Origin: Lama guanicoe
Lineage: Eukaryota
Length of the DNA stretch: 64,000 bases
NCBI GenBank assembly: GCA_013239625.1
Contig: MU054120.1
Location: forward strand, 372,001-436,000
Direction of reading: 5' to 3'
A program made the translations under genes and the position numbers. Shown piece after piece: positions 24,560 through 38,989 of the stretch. The notes below the pieces were generated by a model. The model worked only from the letters and a program-made list of their open reading frames with translations. It did no database searches and was not told the origin of the DNA. The stretch's first letter is position 1; each line of letters starts with the position of its first letter.

Positions 24560-25560
24560 TACTCATGTATTCTGGTTGCTGAAGAGGGATGGCTCGCCTC
24601 TGCTCCCTGATGCCTTGAGCCTCAGCTGGGAAGACTGGAACACAGGGTTCTAATACATTTGGGTGCTTCTTCAATCACATGTCTGGTTCCTGGGCTGGGA
24701 TGACTCAAAGGGTAGGTTCTCCCGGGCCTCCGTGTTGAAGCACTGAAACATGGCTTCTCCTTAAAGCTTGGGATTCTTACCGTATGAGGGCTGTGTTCCT
24801 AAAGGCAAGACTACTGAGAGCTCGCCTTCCGAAATCCAGGTGGAAGTTCACCTAAACTCAAAAGTTATTCAGTGTCTCTTGCATTCTGTTCTACTAGTAA
24901 CTAGCAAGTCATAAGTCAGTATTCGTTTTCTATTGCTACTGTCATCAGGAACTTCACAGCCTACAAACAATACAAAGTTATGAACACATGGTTCTGTAAG
25001 TCAGGAAGCCAAGTGGATTTGACTAGTTCCTTTGTTCTGGGTCTCACAGACTGGGGAGAATTTTGTTTCTAGGCTCATGCATGTTGCTTGCAAAATTGAG
25101 GTCCTTGCAATTCCCTAGGTGGCTGTCAGCATCTGAAGGTCACCTCTATTCCCGGTCACATTGCTCCTTCATCTTCAAAAGGCAACAGTGCCTGGAGTCC
25201 TTCTCATGCTTTGAATCTCTCTGACTTCCTCTTCATTGCGTCTCTTCTCCAGCCACAAGCTGGAGAAAGTTCTCTGCTTTTAATGGTTCATGTGATTAGG
25301 TTGGTCCTACTGGGATCACCTCCATATTTTAAGGCTCATAACCTTACTTACATCTGCAAAGTCCCTTTTGCCCTGTGAACAACATATTATATTCACAGCT
25401 GTAGGGCAGAGCATAAATATCTTTGGGAAGGCATTCTACCTACCACATAAGAGAAGAGGAATTTGACTCCACCGTCAGAGAGGGAACAGCAAGGATGCAT
25501 TTTTGGAAAGGACATGGGAGGGGAGATGTTATTGCAGCCATTTTGGGGAAACACAATCTG
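24560..25560. mobile_element. Cluster of degraded MaLR (MLT1-type) LTR fragments
   Basis: MLT1-like motifs such as tcagctgggaagactgga, ttatgaacacatggttctgtaagtcagga and catctgcaaagtcccttttgccctgtgaac..attctacctaccaca. Confidence 0.7.
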
Positions 25561-25774
25561 CCACACTTTCCTCCTCTTTTTCTCTATCACTTTCTCCAAT
25601 TGGAAACTAGTAAAAGAATTCTAATAGAAAATTGCTAAACAGTAGATGGACCTGCTTATAGTTTTCCTTAGGAAAACCAGGTCTGATACAGAGGGGAAGA
25701 GCTAAGCAATTTGCTGTTGGTGACTTGCTTTTGTTTTGTTTAGTTTTGCTGCTGCCTTTGAAAACGTAATTCCA

Positions 25775-26683
25775 TGTGGTAGACACGGTTTCTTAGATCC
25801 CAGATGCAGCCCAGATGCAGAGTGCGTGATTAGCAGGAAACCTTCACGTGTCAGCAACTTCACGGTCTGCCTTAGCTGCAGGAAGTCACATTGTCTGATG
25901 TCACCTCCTGTTTGGGGCAGCCCGCATCTGGTGACCAAGTATCGCAGATGTACAAAAACCCAGTCATTTTGGCCCAATGTGAGATATGTTTTGGGGGCAT
26001 GTTGCTCCAGAGATCTCCCCTGGTTTATGTCACAGTTTGATTTATTCTTCTGTCTAATTCTGCTAACTCCCCTTCCCCTTCTTAAGTGTTGATATCCAAC
26101 AAGTATGTTGCACCCCAGACTTCTCAGGATCTGCTTTTTTTTTCCCAGAGGTAATCCAGTCTTTGAAAGTTGGTACCAGAAAGGGTCTGAGAAAGCAGGT
26201 GTAACTATAGAGTTTTAGAGCTGCCTTCATCATCATCTGGCCGGCTGTGAGGACCCCTAGCACAGACAGCTTCTGGAACAATGTGTTGGTTCATTTGTTA
26301 AAACTTCAGCAGTTTTGAGAGGCATATCAATGGAAGGCACGCCCCAGTGACAGCAAGCAAGCATCAGATTATTTAGATGTATGGAGTGAATACTGTCTTA
26401 AGGATTATGGGACTGTACCCCACAGCAGTTACAAGACTTGGCCATGGAGCTGGAAGAGTACTTGTGTGACTGGATCCTAAAGAGGCTTAATCAAGGGGGT
26501 CAAAACTTAAAATTAGATAGGAAGGAGTTGATTGTCTTGGCAGTGCTTTCTCATGACACAGAATTTAACACACTGGCACCTACCCCCTGGAGATGATGTG
26601 AACTCTCTGCTAGAAAGGCTTCTAGGAAAAACGGAAAAAGCAACAGTCCACAATGAGTATGTTAGTCAGGTTTGTGAGAGAAG

Positions 26684-26724
<41 letters not shown>

Positions 26725-28409
26725 CTCATACATTTGACATTTAAAAAATTCTTTCACAGCAACTTCTAGACTAGGGTTTGATCAAACAACTGTCTACCAT
26801 AGCCCAGCCATGTTGATGCATAAAATCAACCATCATAATGAGCAAAGTTAAAGATCCAGAATTTCGGTGGCAGATGGTGAATGAAGTTGCTGAAAGCTCA
26901 GGGAAGTGACTGTGCAGAAATGTATATAGTGTGCACATGCAGAAGACTTACCAGTTATTAAATTCTGTAGGGAGGCCCTCCCAGCCCAGGATTTAGCAAA
27001 GCTGTAAGGAACGTGCTGCTGAGAGAGGCATTAGTATGACTAGGATGTTCAGGGGTGGCTCTCCTCTGTAGTTTAGGCAAGGCTGTTAACGAACTTGGCT
27101 CAGTCTTAACAATGGGGCTGGTAAGATCTCAAAACAATAATTCAGGTGACAGTGCTCAACTGCCAAAAATCAGGATACTGCCATTCTTGGAATGACTAGT
27201 AAGCTTGGCCTGGCATCCTGGAGGGCTCGTCCACAGAAAACTATTAAGATGATTCATAGAACATGACATACAAAAGGAGATAATAGGTGGATACCTGACA
27301 AGGGCATGGCTCATCTTGAACCAGCAGCCGAAGTCAAAGTGGGGGTCCCTGGGAGGGGAGGTAGAGAGAAGTCAATCCGTAAAAAAAAAATCACAAATCT
27401 TTGCCCTGTTTTCAGATCTGAGTCAGTTTTCAGAGTGCAGAGGTGGCTGGTTCACAGTGGAGACAACCCTGCAACACAATGAGAATTATATTTGAATGAT
27501 TCCTCTGGTCTTTCCCCCTAAGGACTCCCCAGCCATTTCATGGGAAGAGGGGAGAACCTAAATACTATGCTGACTGAAGGGCAGAGTGAGTGAGTGGACA
27601 TTGACAACTAAAGACCCAAAGTATCATCACGCCCCTTCCTAGAGTTTGAGCATACGGGCTCCAGATAATAAATGGAGTATTGTTGAGACCCAGCTTACAG
27701 TGAGTTAATGGATCCATTCAGCGGTCGTTTCTGATGGAGGATTTTAACACTGGACAGTTGGAGCAACCCCATGTTGGATCCTTGGTCTCTGAGGTAAACA
27801 GAAGATCACAGCTGAGTATCAATTGTACCTTCAAGAATAATGTTGGGAGCTGTCACTTGTCTCACTGACCTCCCACTTCTGAGTCCCCTCAGGAGAGAGA
27901 CCCACCGGAATGCTGCTGCACCGGGAGCTGCTGCATGAACGTATATGGAGAAGTAGATGCCAGTGGTGCAAAGGGCGAACTGTGACAGATTTGAAAATTC
28001 ACCACCCAGATGCCCTTCAGAGACCAACCTGCTGCAGGGATGCTGCCTGCAGACAGCTTCCCAGTGCCGGCCCCCATGGAGTCTGCCTCACCTGACCTGG
28101 AGGCTGAGCAAGGCGGGGGTGGAAAGGCCTGGCCGTTTTGCCCCACTGCTGGACACATTAGGCAGCCTGGGGTTGATGCACCTACCTATTTACTGTCATG
28201 ATTGGTTAAAGAAATGTCAGTGTGTGTCCATGGGGACCACCAGAGTTCTCTCCAGAGCTCCACACTGAGTTGGCCAAGGTTTGGTTGGATCCATCACCAC
28301 TGCATTACTTTTACTGCCCAAACTTGCTTATTTTCCTTCCTCTTCTGTAATGAACGCCTTACTCACTAAGTGCAGTGGTGTGTGTTTCTGGAGAACCCAA
28401 CCAATGACA
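25775..28409 (+). mobile_element. Degraded ERV-L class provirus (LTR16/33-like LTRs with gag and protease remnants)
   Basis: After the 5' LTR comes gttggtaccagaaagggtctgagaaagcag. Around 26465-26580 it reads DWIL..LNQGGQNLKLDRKELIVLAVLSHDTEFNTLA with a frameshift (ERV-L gag-like). The 3' LTR ends tttctggagaacccaaccaatgaca. Confidence 0.72.
26658..26836 (-). mobile_element. MLT2-like LTR fragment with (CA)n microsatellite, nested in the ERV-L remnant
   Basis: gttagtcagg..(CA)n..catagcccagccatgttgatgcataaaatcaaccatca. Confidence 0.65.
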
Positions 28410-28601
28410 CACCGGTTTACAAAGGTGACCCGGGAACAGTCTCATTTTAGCTCTGCCTTCAGGATCCACGTTCAAAACACAGAACTATATGAAATTCCTG
28501 CATGTGAAGAATACACAGGCTGAACAAGCCAGCAATAAGAAAAAATCAGGTTAATATGCAATTTCCCACCCCCTTTGTCTTTTTAAACTCTGGTCATCTC
28601 T

Positions 28602-28850
28602 TTTTTTGTTTTTGAACATTTTTTTTATTGAGTTATAGTCATTTTACAATGTTGTATCAAATGCCAGTGTAGAGCACAATTTTTCAGTTACACATGAACA
28701 TACATATATTCATCGTCACATTTTGTTTTCTGCTGTGAGCTACCACAAGATCTTGTATATATTTCCCTGTGCTATACAGTATAATCTTGTTTATCTATTC
28801 TACACATGTCTGTCAGTATCTACAAATTTTGAATTTCCAGTCTATCCCTT
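28602..28850 (-). mobile_element. Young 5'-truncated L1 3' end (about 250 bp)
   Basis: Same 3'UTR sequence as 20820-21050. Poly(T) on plus. Perfect 16-bp TSD aactctggtcatctct at 28586-28601 and 28851-28866. Confidence 0.92.
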
Positions 28851-30869
28851 AACTCTGGTCATCTCTGAATCCACATGCTATAATTGAAAATAATTGTGGC
28901 TGAAATCACTCACATTTTTTTTTTTACTTCTGTTAGGTTGCTCATCTTTCTAAGTGAATCATGTTTGTTTTTAATATTTTTTATTCAGGTTTAATGAGGT
29001 ATAATTTATCTCCAAGGAAATTCACCCTTTTAGGTAAATACTCTTACGAATTTTGACAAATGCATACAGTCCTGTAACTCCCACCAGAATCAAGTCATCA
29101 ATCCACTCCTTCTACTCATGGTTCCTGGCGACCACTCACTTGGTTTTTTTGTTTCGCACTTTTTAACTGTTTTTTTGTTTTGTTTTGTTTGTTTTTTTAA
29201 CTCTGCAGCTTTTTTTCTTTCTCTTGACACTTCACCTGCCTTCACCATCACGGCCGGTATTTTAGGCTGATTCCAGTTTAGTGACAACAGGGCAGACCCT
29301 CAGGAAATGGCTCCTTTGCATCTTCTGGAGCATCTCATGCTCACCTGAGGAGCATTTCTGCTGCTGCGTGACATGATGTGTTAATCCCGCTTCCACACTG
29401 CCTAGTTCCGGGGCTTAATCTTCTGCCTTTTCCAATCAGTCAAACTAGCACCTTCTTTCTCAGAGTTCATTGCTTTAAGGTTCTCAGAGAGTCCCTGCTT
29501 GAACTGAGCAATCACATAGAGGCTCCAGGACTTATGAAATCAAATGAGTTTATGTTTCAACTCTAGCGACTCCGAGTGTATCACCTTTCTTCCTCTAAGT
29601 TTTAGACTTGAACAACTTACTGCTTCATTGAATTTTAAGTCCATTTAACAGGAAACACCCTTACTACTAGAACCCAAGCTTAAGAATTATAAAGGATACA
29701 AGTTTGTTTTTAGAGAATAGAAACTAATCCTAATTAAAGACTTCATCGGGTCTGATTCAAGATACACCTGGATGATTAAAATACTCTTCTGAATGATTTC
29801 CCTATCTCGAATATTATTCCTTCAGCATTTTATCCTTTGCAAAGGCATCAGAATTCTCTCTCTTCCTGCTAAAATCTTCTGCTGAAAGTGAAGGATGAAA
29901 AAGAGAAAGTTAAAGAGAAACCACGGACGGCCTGAGTGACCTTTAAAATAGTCTGCTGATTCCCTTACAGCAATGCCTCTGTTCCTCACCCAGTGTAATA
30001 CAAAAGCTTTTCTTTAGGGAAGCCCTTTCAAGAAAAAAATGTAGGCGTACAATGTTTGCAATTCCATTAGAGCAACAATTTGTAGTTCGTATATTTTCCC
30101 ATCCAGCTAGAAATAAGTATAATAGTAGAGTGTTACTTGGAGATTAGGGAAATCATATGTTCTTGTACCTTTCCATAGTCTGAGAAAAGAAATTCAAGTA
30201 TGCAATACTATTTGCCTTATTGAGTCATAACATCCTTCCTTAAGTGTTTCTGCAGAAGAATCCAAGGAGGGCAATCTACGAAGCCTATAATTCAGGGCTC
30301 GATGAAAATAATTATCTGCTACTATTTCGTAGAAAACATCTGGCTTTCTTGTCGCTACTTAGAACAATAAGCAGCTCGTAAACCCATTCATTCTCAGTCC
30401 CGATTGGTTTCATTTGAACAATTATGCTTAATATTTCTTACTTTCATTTTCTAAATTACAAATATAATTAGCCTCAATCTTAAGTTTTGATTTATTATTC
30501 ACTTTACAGATGGGGAATGTTGCAATATTCTGGGTAAATTTTCAAACAAAGCTGCCCCTTTGTCTTTTCCTATCTGACAGTATCTCGTGGACGTCATTTT
30601 TATATTCACAGGAACTAAACTCCTGGGTAGTAGTTGACAGCTGTTCCTTACAAGTTACGTCTTGAATGGATGACTAATGAATATATCTGAAAGTAGAAAT
30701 ACTTGATTGCAATTATATTTTAAGGCTCTTCTCCTGTGGCTTTAAATAGATAAGGCCTCTTCTATGCTCTTTATCAGCCGGATCCATATGTAATCTCAAA
30801 AACAGAATCAATAATTCAGCAAATACCTATTGAGGGTTTATGTACAACAAAAATGGAAACAATAGGTAT

Positions 30870-31520
30870 TTTATGAGAGCTCACTGTGTATCAGGAACTG
30901 TGTTAAAAGGTTTATATACAATAGTTAATCTTCATAGCAAACACAAGGGAAAGGCTTTTACTCCATTTTGCAAGTAAAGGGACTGAAGCATATAAATCTT
31001 AGGACAGTGTTCAAGTCACACAGCAACTCAGTAGCATCCAATCTACCCAGGTCTGTTGGATCCTAGGGTTTGTGCTTTATCCAATATGCTATATAGCACT
31101 CTGCTCTTTCAGGTCATGGTTACGAAGATGGGTACGAAGATGGTCCTTGACTCAGAGAACTTGACCACTTAGTAGATAATCTACTTAGAGAATTTACATA
31201 AATACTTGTAATTTAAGGTGGAAAGAAGTGACCAGCATAGAAGTCCAGATTAAGCAGTATAACAATTCAGGCTAGTGTGGATGGAGCAATCAAGGGTGGC
31301 TTCTTGGAGGAGAGAAAAGTAGCAGAGTATAGTATTGTAATTACAACCATGAACTACTTGGATTGATATCCAAGCTCTGCTGCTTATTAGCTACATGATC
31401 TTGAGCGTCTCACAAGGGTCAGTTTCTTCATCTCTAAAATGTACATAAGGGTCATTGGAAACATTGAAAGAGCCAACAAATCAGGTAGAATTATGCCTGG
31501 AACATACTATTGTCTATTTG
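30870..31520. mobile_element. Two MIR SINEs (minus about 30870-31090, plus about 31320-31520) within L2 remnants
   Basis: ctccattttgcaagtaaagggactgaagc and tcagtttcttcatctctaaaatg cores. Confidence 0.7.
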
Positions 31521-33859
31521 TTTAAAAAAATTTTGAACAGAACCTTAAAAAAAGGGGAAGAAACTGGCCTTTTAATATGGAGAAAAATTAAATAAGAGGT
31601 AGGACAGCATTTTTTGTGGACTTAGATCCTTCAAGTCACTGGAAGTTGTGATTTAAATTTTAAAGATTCTGTGATTCAGAGAGGTAATATTTGCACCTAA
31701 ATTCATAGCACACATACAACAAACAACCAATTCTAATTCATAACATTTGAATGAGTCACAAAACTAACCTGAAGTTCCCTGTACCTACTACTGCCTTTAA
31801 CTATTTCTTTCTTTATATTCCATCAGTCACAGGTCCTGCCATTTGGACTTCCGTAATCTCTCCTGATCTACCTTCTCCTCTCATTTCCAGCTGTCTTTGG
31901 CTTATTAAGGATTACCACTCGCTACTCCCTTTAAATTATTCCCATCACTAACTCTCTCTCTCTGTCTCTCCTCTACTACCCCCATCTCATTTTCATTTTA
32001 AAGAACAGATTTGAATCTTTCACTTCACAGATCAAATATTCAAAAGCCTCACAATACTAGTAGAATGCAGTCCGCATTGAAATAAACATCTGTGTCTCAT
32101 CCCACAGAATGATTCTGGCTTTCTGAGGCGAATCACTTCACTTTACGCCTTCTGGGCAGTCCAGTATATCTGTTGTGCCCTCTCTCTGCTGTCTCCTCAG
32201 CCTCTCCTCTTGACTCTTTCCTAGCATGATATAACTGACTTTTCTAATAGCCTCAGGATTCTGGATAAAAGACTCGATACATCTCTGAAGAACTTACTAC
32301 AAAAAATGGCAAAATAGACACAGTGACCACAGCTCCCTCAGCTTAGATAAAAGACTAGAAATTTGAAAGGAGATTTGTAAAAGGGAGAGTTTGTGAAAGT
32401 AGAGGGCGCTTTTGGTTTCCCCTCCCCAACACTTGAATTGCACACTATGAGAGTTTGGGGGAATACCTTTGGAAAGGCTTGCCATGGGGTTCTTAAAGAT
32501 TTGGAAATGTGGTGAACTTAGAAACAGGGAAATCCACATCTACTTCCTGCTTGCAGGAGCCTGAAGCCAGAGCTGGTAAAGAAATGTAACGGCAGGGATG
32601 AGAGAGAAAGAGTCCTAATTTTTGAAGCTGTACATCCACCTACTGATAAACCAAAGATGCATGAGATCCCCTACAAGTCAGTTAGAGGCCAGGGAATGGG
32701 TCAAAGGGTCCCCACTTGAAAAACTCCTTGATGTGTCTCCAAAAGATGGAAGTTGAAGAAAGGTAGCAAGATGTTAGCTGTGCGTTTGCCCCCATCAGGA
32801 AACCGAGTTCACACAGGGCTGGGCTCAACAGCACTAATCAAGCAAAACTTCTGCCCACTCTCCTTCGATCCCTGCTCTGCTCCTGGCAGTGGGAACAGCA
32901 GAGAGAGGAGTTAAATGAAAGACCAGATCAATTACTTTTCTGCCAGAGCAGGTCCCCGGGGGTGGGGGAGGGGGAGTCAAAATCAAAGGAAGAGAAGAAA
33001 CTTTAACTTTAATGAGGTGGATGTTTAATATAAGACAGAATCAGGCATAATTCTTAAGAGAGGTGGGATCTTCCTGAGATATCATTTAGAGGGAGACTCA
33101 ATCTGAAACGGTGTATTTTAAGAGAGAAATAAGAAATAGGGAACCATGAATTGTTTGTCCCATGGCTTTTTGCTCATTTAATAAACCGTTTATGGAGTCC
33201 TTCCCAGCAGCATCTAAACTTGCTTTCAGCCTCTGCCATTTAAAAAAGGAACCAAAGGAAAATACTCATTAGAGTCTACCTTTCTCTGCCTAATTTTTAA
33301 ACTTTTTGCACCCACTTTTGCAACTCTTTGAAGAAGTTGTTTGTACTGCCCATTTCTACTAACTTTGTCACCTCACCTCCAATTATTCCTCAGCAGTGTG
33401 TGTGTGCTCTGCTTACCACCTCCCCTTTCCTGAAGCAAATTTCGATAACCTTCATTCTCCAGTTCCAGTGGCCATTGGCCAGTTGTTTTTTTTTATTTGG
33501 GATCTCACTAGTATGTGACCATGAAAACTTGATCCTTGAAACTCTCTTTTCCATTGGCCTCTGTTTCATTGTGTAAATCCATGTTCTCATCTCTTTTCCA
33601 TTCTCTGTTCACCTCAGTAATAAGAAGTGTACCAAGAGGTAAAAGGATTCAAGAATACTTCATCCCTGGATGCTGGTGAACAAAAGTAAACACCAGATGC
33701 TTAGGGTGGTTGACCTATAATTGTATGTGAATAAAATTTCATAAAATTAGAGCAGGAAATTTAAAAATAACTCAGTGACATGGACGATAAAATTGAAGTT
33801 TAATTTACCAAGTTTAGTTAAATGCATAGGACTAATAGCAGCGTTATTTAAAGTAACTA

Positions 33860-35932
33860 CAGTCATATCTCAGAGATACTGCAAATTTGATTCCAGACCA
33901 CCACAATAGAGTGAACATTACAATAAAGCTGGTCGCGTGAATTTTTTTTTCAGTTTCCCAGCGCATATAAAAGTTGTGTTTACATTATACTGTAGTTATT
34001 AAGTGTGCTATAGCACTGTATCTAAGAAACAATATACATACTTTCAGAATTGGAGTCAGTCCTCTCAAACCCTGCTGCTGCTTTATCAACTAAGTTTATG
34101 TAGTATTCTGAATCCTTTGTTGTTATTTCAACAGTCTTCACGGCATCTCTACCAGCAGTAGAGTCCGTCTCAAGAGACCACTTTCTTTGCTCATCCACAG
34201 CAAGCTGCTCCTCATCTGTCCCGGCTTCATCATGAGGCTGCAGCAATCCAGTCACATCTCAGGCTCCACTTCTAATTCTATTTCCCTTACTGTTTCCGTC
34301 ACATCTATAGCTACTTTCTTCACTGAAGTCTTGAACCCCTCAAACTTACCCGTGAGAGCTGGAACCAACTTCTTCCAAACTCCTGTTAATGTTGATGTCT
34401 TGACCTCTTCCTCTGAATCACAAATGTTCTTAATGGCATCTAGAATGGTGAACTCTTTCCTGAAGGTTTTCAATTGACTTTTACACAGATCATCAGGAGA
34501 ATCACTGTCTATGGTAGCTAAAGCCTTATGAAATATATTTCTTAAATAATATGACTTGAAAGTTGAAATTAGTCCTTGATTCATGGCCTGCAGAATGGAC
34601 GTTGTGTTAGCAGGCATGAAAACAACATTAATCTCAGAGTACAACTCCATCAGAATTCTTGGATGACCAGGTACATTGACAATAAGCAGGAATATTTAGA
34701 AAGAAATCTTTTTCTGAGCAGTGGGTCTCAACAGTGGGCTTAAAATATTCAGGAAACCGTGTTGTAAACAGATGTGCTGTTATCCAGGCTTTGTTGTTCC
34801 TTTTATACAGAGCAGACAGAGTAAACTCAGTATAATTCCCAAGGCCCTAGGATTTTCAAAACAGCAAGTGAGTATTGGCTTCAACTTCAAGTCACCAGCT
34901 GCAATAGCCGCTACCAAGAGAATCAGGCTGTCCTTCAAAGCTTCAAAGCCAGGCGTTTACTTTTCCTCTCTAGCTATGAAAGTCCTGTATGGCATCTGTC
35001 TTCCATTAGAAACTTGTTTCATCTACATTGAAAGCCTGTTGTTCAGGGTAGCCACCTTCATGCATTATCTGAGCTGGATCTTCTGGAGAACTTGACGCTT
35101 CACCCTGCACCTTCATGTCGTGGAGGCAGATTCTTTCCTTAAAGCTCACGAACCAACCTCTGCTAGCTTCAGATTTTTCTTCTGCAACTTCCTCACCTCT
35201 CAGCCTTCACAGAACAGAAGAGAGACAGGCCCTTGCTCTGGGGCAGGCTGTGGTTTAAGGGAATGGATTGATCTTCCATCTAGACCTCTCAGACTTTCTC
35301 CGTATCAGCAATAAGGCTGCTTTTTGCTCTCTTATCATTTGTATGCTCACTGAAGCAGCACTTTTCATTTCCTTCAAGAACTTTTCCTTTGCATCTGCAG
35401 CATGGCTGACTGTTTGGCACAAGAAGTCTAGCTTTCCGCCTATCTCAGGTTTCAACATGCCTTCCTCACTAAGCTTACTCATTTCTAGCATTTGTTTGAA
35501 AGTGAGAGATGTGTGACTCTTCCTCTCACTTGAACACTTAGAGGCCATTGTAGGCTTATTCGTTGACTTAATTTCAATATTGTGTCCCAGGGAGCAGGGA
35601 GGCCTGAAGAAAGGGAGAGAGGCGAGGGAACAGCCAGTCCATGAATCAGTCAGAATAAACGCAACATTGACTAAGTTTGCCACATTTCACGGCCCCGAAA
35701 TAATTGTAATAGTAACATCAAAGCTCGCTGATCACAGATCGCCTATAACAAATATAACAATAATAAAGTTTAAATATTTCAAGAATTACCAAAATATGAC
35801 ACAGAGACATAAAGTGAGCAAAAACTGTTGGAAAAGTGGTGCTGACAGACCTGCTTAATGCAGGGTTGCCACCAAACTTCAAAATGTAAAAAATACACTA
35901 TCTACAAAGCACAATGAAACGTGAGATTCCTG
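33860..35932 (-). mobile_element. Tigger1 (TcMar-Tigger) DNA transposon, near full length, transposase disrupted (ATG at 35548)
   Basis: [31 protein letters not shown] (CENP-B-type HTH, Tigger1/TIGD1-like) and NVVFMPANTTSILQAMNQGLISTFKSYYLR (DDE_1). Termini TA-cag..ctg-TA. Confidence 0.93.
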
Positions 35933-36519
35933 TATATATAACTACAGTTTCATTTTTGACAACCAATCTCTTTTCTGTGTGGAATTTATAACAGTTGACT
36001 AAGTTACAAGTGAGATCTGTGTTAACTTGTTTTGTTTTATTTTGTTCTTTTTTTTTTCTTGGTCTTCACTTTTATTCTTCTTAAGTGCTTCAGATTTTTT
36101 GTGTATATTTTTATCTCAGCAAACCATTATCTGTGGTAATATTTCTGTCTTCTGCTTTGTATTTTCCAGGTGACCTAGGCATTCTAAACATACAGCTCAG
36201 TGGCCAAATGTTTCCATTATGCAAGAGGCTTTCGGTCCTTACTATAAATTCTTGTGTTTTAACTATGATTCTGTATCTCCCCTTCCTTTCTATTTGTGCC
36301 TCTGTTTGTCCCCTTGTTCAGTTGTTGATCTTAATTCCATTCTTTTCCACTTGTGCTGTTGGCCTTCACATTCTCTTTGAGTTTTGGGGGGTTTTGTTTT
36401 GTTTTTTTCTCAGCTGACTTGCTGGTTCATTTTCAGTGGTTTCTTGTATAGTCAGGTAAACTTCTTACCTGCGAGAAGAATCAAAGTAAATCTCTTAGTG
36501 GTGGGCTCTATTCATAGAC

Positions 36520-36995
36520 ATGGAATCCTAACATTTCTGGTGTCATGAACCATTTGGCCATCTGTTGAAGCCAACGGAGCCCTTCTTTTTCAGATTTAAA
36601 TAAATAAAATGAAATGCATAGGGTCATCAAGGAAAATGCATTGTTTTGGAATACATTTACCAAAATATTTAAAATTATCATACGTTACATACATTTATTA
36701 ACATATTACATAGAATGGTATAGCACGGATCTAGTAATTGCCATATTCCTCGGTAGTTGTGGGCATAAAGATGTTTTAATATATCTGCAATAAGATAGCT
36801 GATGTAAGTGAATCTCGGGTATTAATAGAGTCAAAGTTGTAGGTATGCCTGTAGTTTATGGTTTGAAGACAGTGCTCACTTTCATTAGAGGTTATTGAAA
36901 ATTAAGTGTATATCTTTTAATTCAAGTTTGCTGACTCTTGAATTCTACCTTTGGATCCCATGGGGATCCAAGGACCCTTGGTGAGTAATTCCTGC
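36520..36995. mobile_element. hAT-Charlie-like non-autonomous DNA transposon
   Basis: Ends resemble Charlie termini (ggtgtcatgaaccatttggccatctgttgaagcc..ggatcccatggggatccaaggacccttggtgagtaattcctg). Confidence 0.55.
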
Positions 36996-37825
36996 TTTAA
37001 CAGTAGCAAGCAGCCATGCGAAAAATGCATTCACTCCATGAATATTTATCATATTTGATACTGATTGTTCTAAGGATTCAAGCCTATGATTAGGTCTTGA
37101 AGAATTTGCATTCTGGTGGAGCTATGAAAACAAAGTATAAAACTAGATATAAAAATAGATTTTGTTATATGCTGTATTGAGTATTCTGAGAGTGTCCAGT
37201 GGAAGAATTGTGGAGTAGTAGAGAATCTTAAGCAGGCAACTGTATTACATGCATTCAGGCTTGCTTCTTAGAAGGAAACGTTGGCAGCACTACAGAGGAC
37301 AAAACTGTTAGGCAACATGATGCTAATGACAGTGGCGATGATAATGGTGATGATGGCGTGTGTACAGGAGAAGAAGGCTGAAAATGTTGCCGAAAGAGAA
37401 TAAGGAGATAAGTAAGTTTTCAAGATTTCTCATTGGATTACTACATGCACAATTATGCTGTTTGCCAAATCAGGCATGTAGGAAATTCCGATACAAGAAA
37501 AAAGTCATGCATTCCTTTTTGGAAATGGAAAATTGAGGCATTGGGTGGAAACCTCCAGCAGGCAAGTGGAACAATGGAAAGAAATAAGGACTGTGTTTGG
37601 AAATCAATGATATGTAAGTGATTTTACTCACTGGAAAGGATGAGGTTACCAAGGAGAGCAGATAGAGACAAAATAGAAGAGGGCCAAGGATGGAAACATG
37701 GAAAAGATGAGCATTCAAGGAGTAGCAGAGGGGCAGAAACCCCTTAAATAAGGAATTCTCATGGGGGTAGGAGATACCTTGGATGCTGATTCCTTGGAAG
37801 ATAAAGAAAAATTTTACTTTGGCCC

Positions 37826-38218
37826 CGTTTAAAAAAAAAAAAAACTCAACGGAGTACATTTTAAAGATGCTATTGGCATTGTTCAGTGATTCATGAATTG
37901 GGCAGCATTCCAATCCAGCAGACAGAAGGAACTCCGAGGAGCCGTACAAAGTGAAAGGCTTTTTATAGGCAAAAGGGAGCAGGAACAAGGAAGTTATACT
38001 AAGCAAAAACTCGGGTTGGTTATTGCAAGCTTACTTTCTTAGGACATAGCCAGGAGTCTATCAGGCAGAGTAACTAATTTGTGCTGATGGGGTGATTCCT
38101 GACCAATGGTTTAAGAGTCTGTTTCTAGGAGAGCAGAATGTGTGATTAAATCTCAGTTTGGTGAGGTGGGGTTTAGCATAAATGACTCCATTTTGAGTCT
38201 GTTTCCTAATTTTTAATA
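37826..38218 (-). mobile_element. ERV solo LTR
   Basis: Degenerate TG..CA termini (cgtttaaaa..ttttaata). Minus-strand TATA (plus cttttataggc). 4-bp flanks gccc/gcct. Confidence 0.7.
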
Positions 38219-38989
38219 GCCTTTTACTATTCATTTTACTAGATCATTTCTTCTTTCATTTCATACAATGTTTACACTTTTTATTGTAAAAAAATTAATA
38301 TTGTATGTATTTAAAATTATTTTCTCATTCTTAAAGAAATGGATGGAAATTCCACACACAATTTGTATTAATTCCATGTCTCCAGCTCTTAAAAATACAA
38401 TATGCAGATGTTCCTTGTTCTCCTACAGCCTTATCGCTGTGCATTTTATTTAATGTATTTTACCTCCTCTGGTCAGTTTTGGACAGCACATTTATGATCT
38501 AAAATTTTCCCTCCAGACACTATTTAATCACAAAAATCATGATTCTTTATTATCTTCATTTACATTTACCATTAAAAATAATATTAGTGCCATAAACCCT
38601 TTTTCTCTAGTTGTAGCTTCTTTGTATTTCCCTCTCTCATTCTACTTCCCAATAATGCTTTTTCAAGGTGGAGGACAAATTTATTTTCTTGGATGCAGTC
38701 CGAAATACAGGTTGCATGGTCTTCTTCCCATGTGTTTATTACAGGGAACATATTAAGCATATATCAGAAAATTGAGATTTGAAAATGTCTTACAATTTTC
38801 CTATGACATCTGAAGGGTATTTCAAATGTTCTGTTCAAACAAGGTATTAATTTACCTTCTTAGATCTATCAGTCTTCTTTGAAATATGTCATGTAATTTC
38901 TTGATTTCCATTATTTTCTTATTCTTTATATTATTTCAGCTTTTTGTCTAAGCATCTAATTTCCAGAGTTTAACTGTCTCCATTAAAAT

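Noticed and set aside
32150..33200. Possible ancient LTR interrupting L2 sequence (a similar case lies at about 51420-52410)
   Set aside because: Only a poly(A)-signal-like motif and general composition support it. Termini and family could not be established.
34022..35683. Domesticated TIGD1-like gene
   Set aside because: The transposase is broken into several frames with stops and deletions, and the termini with TA flanks remain, so it is an ordinary fossil Tigger1.
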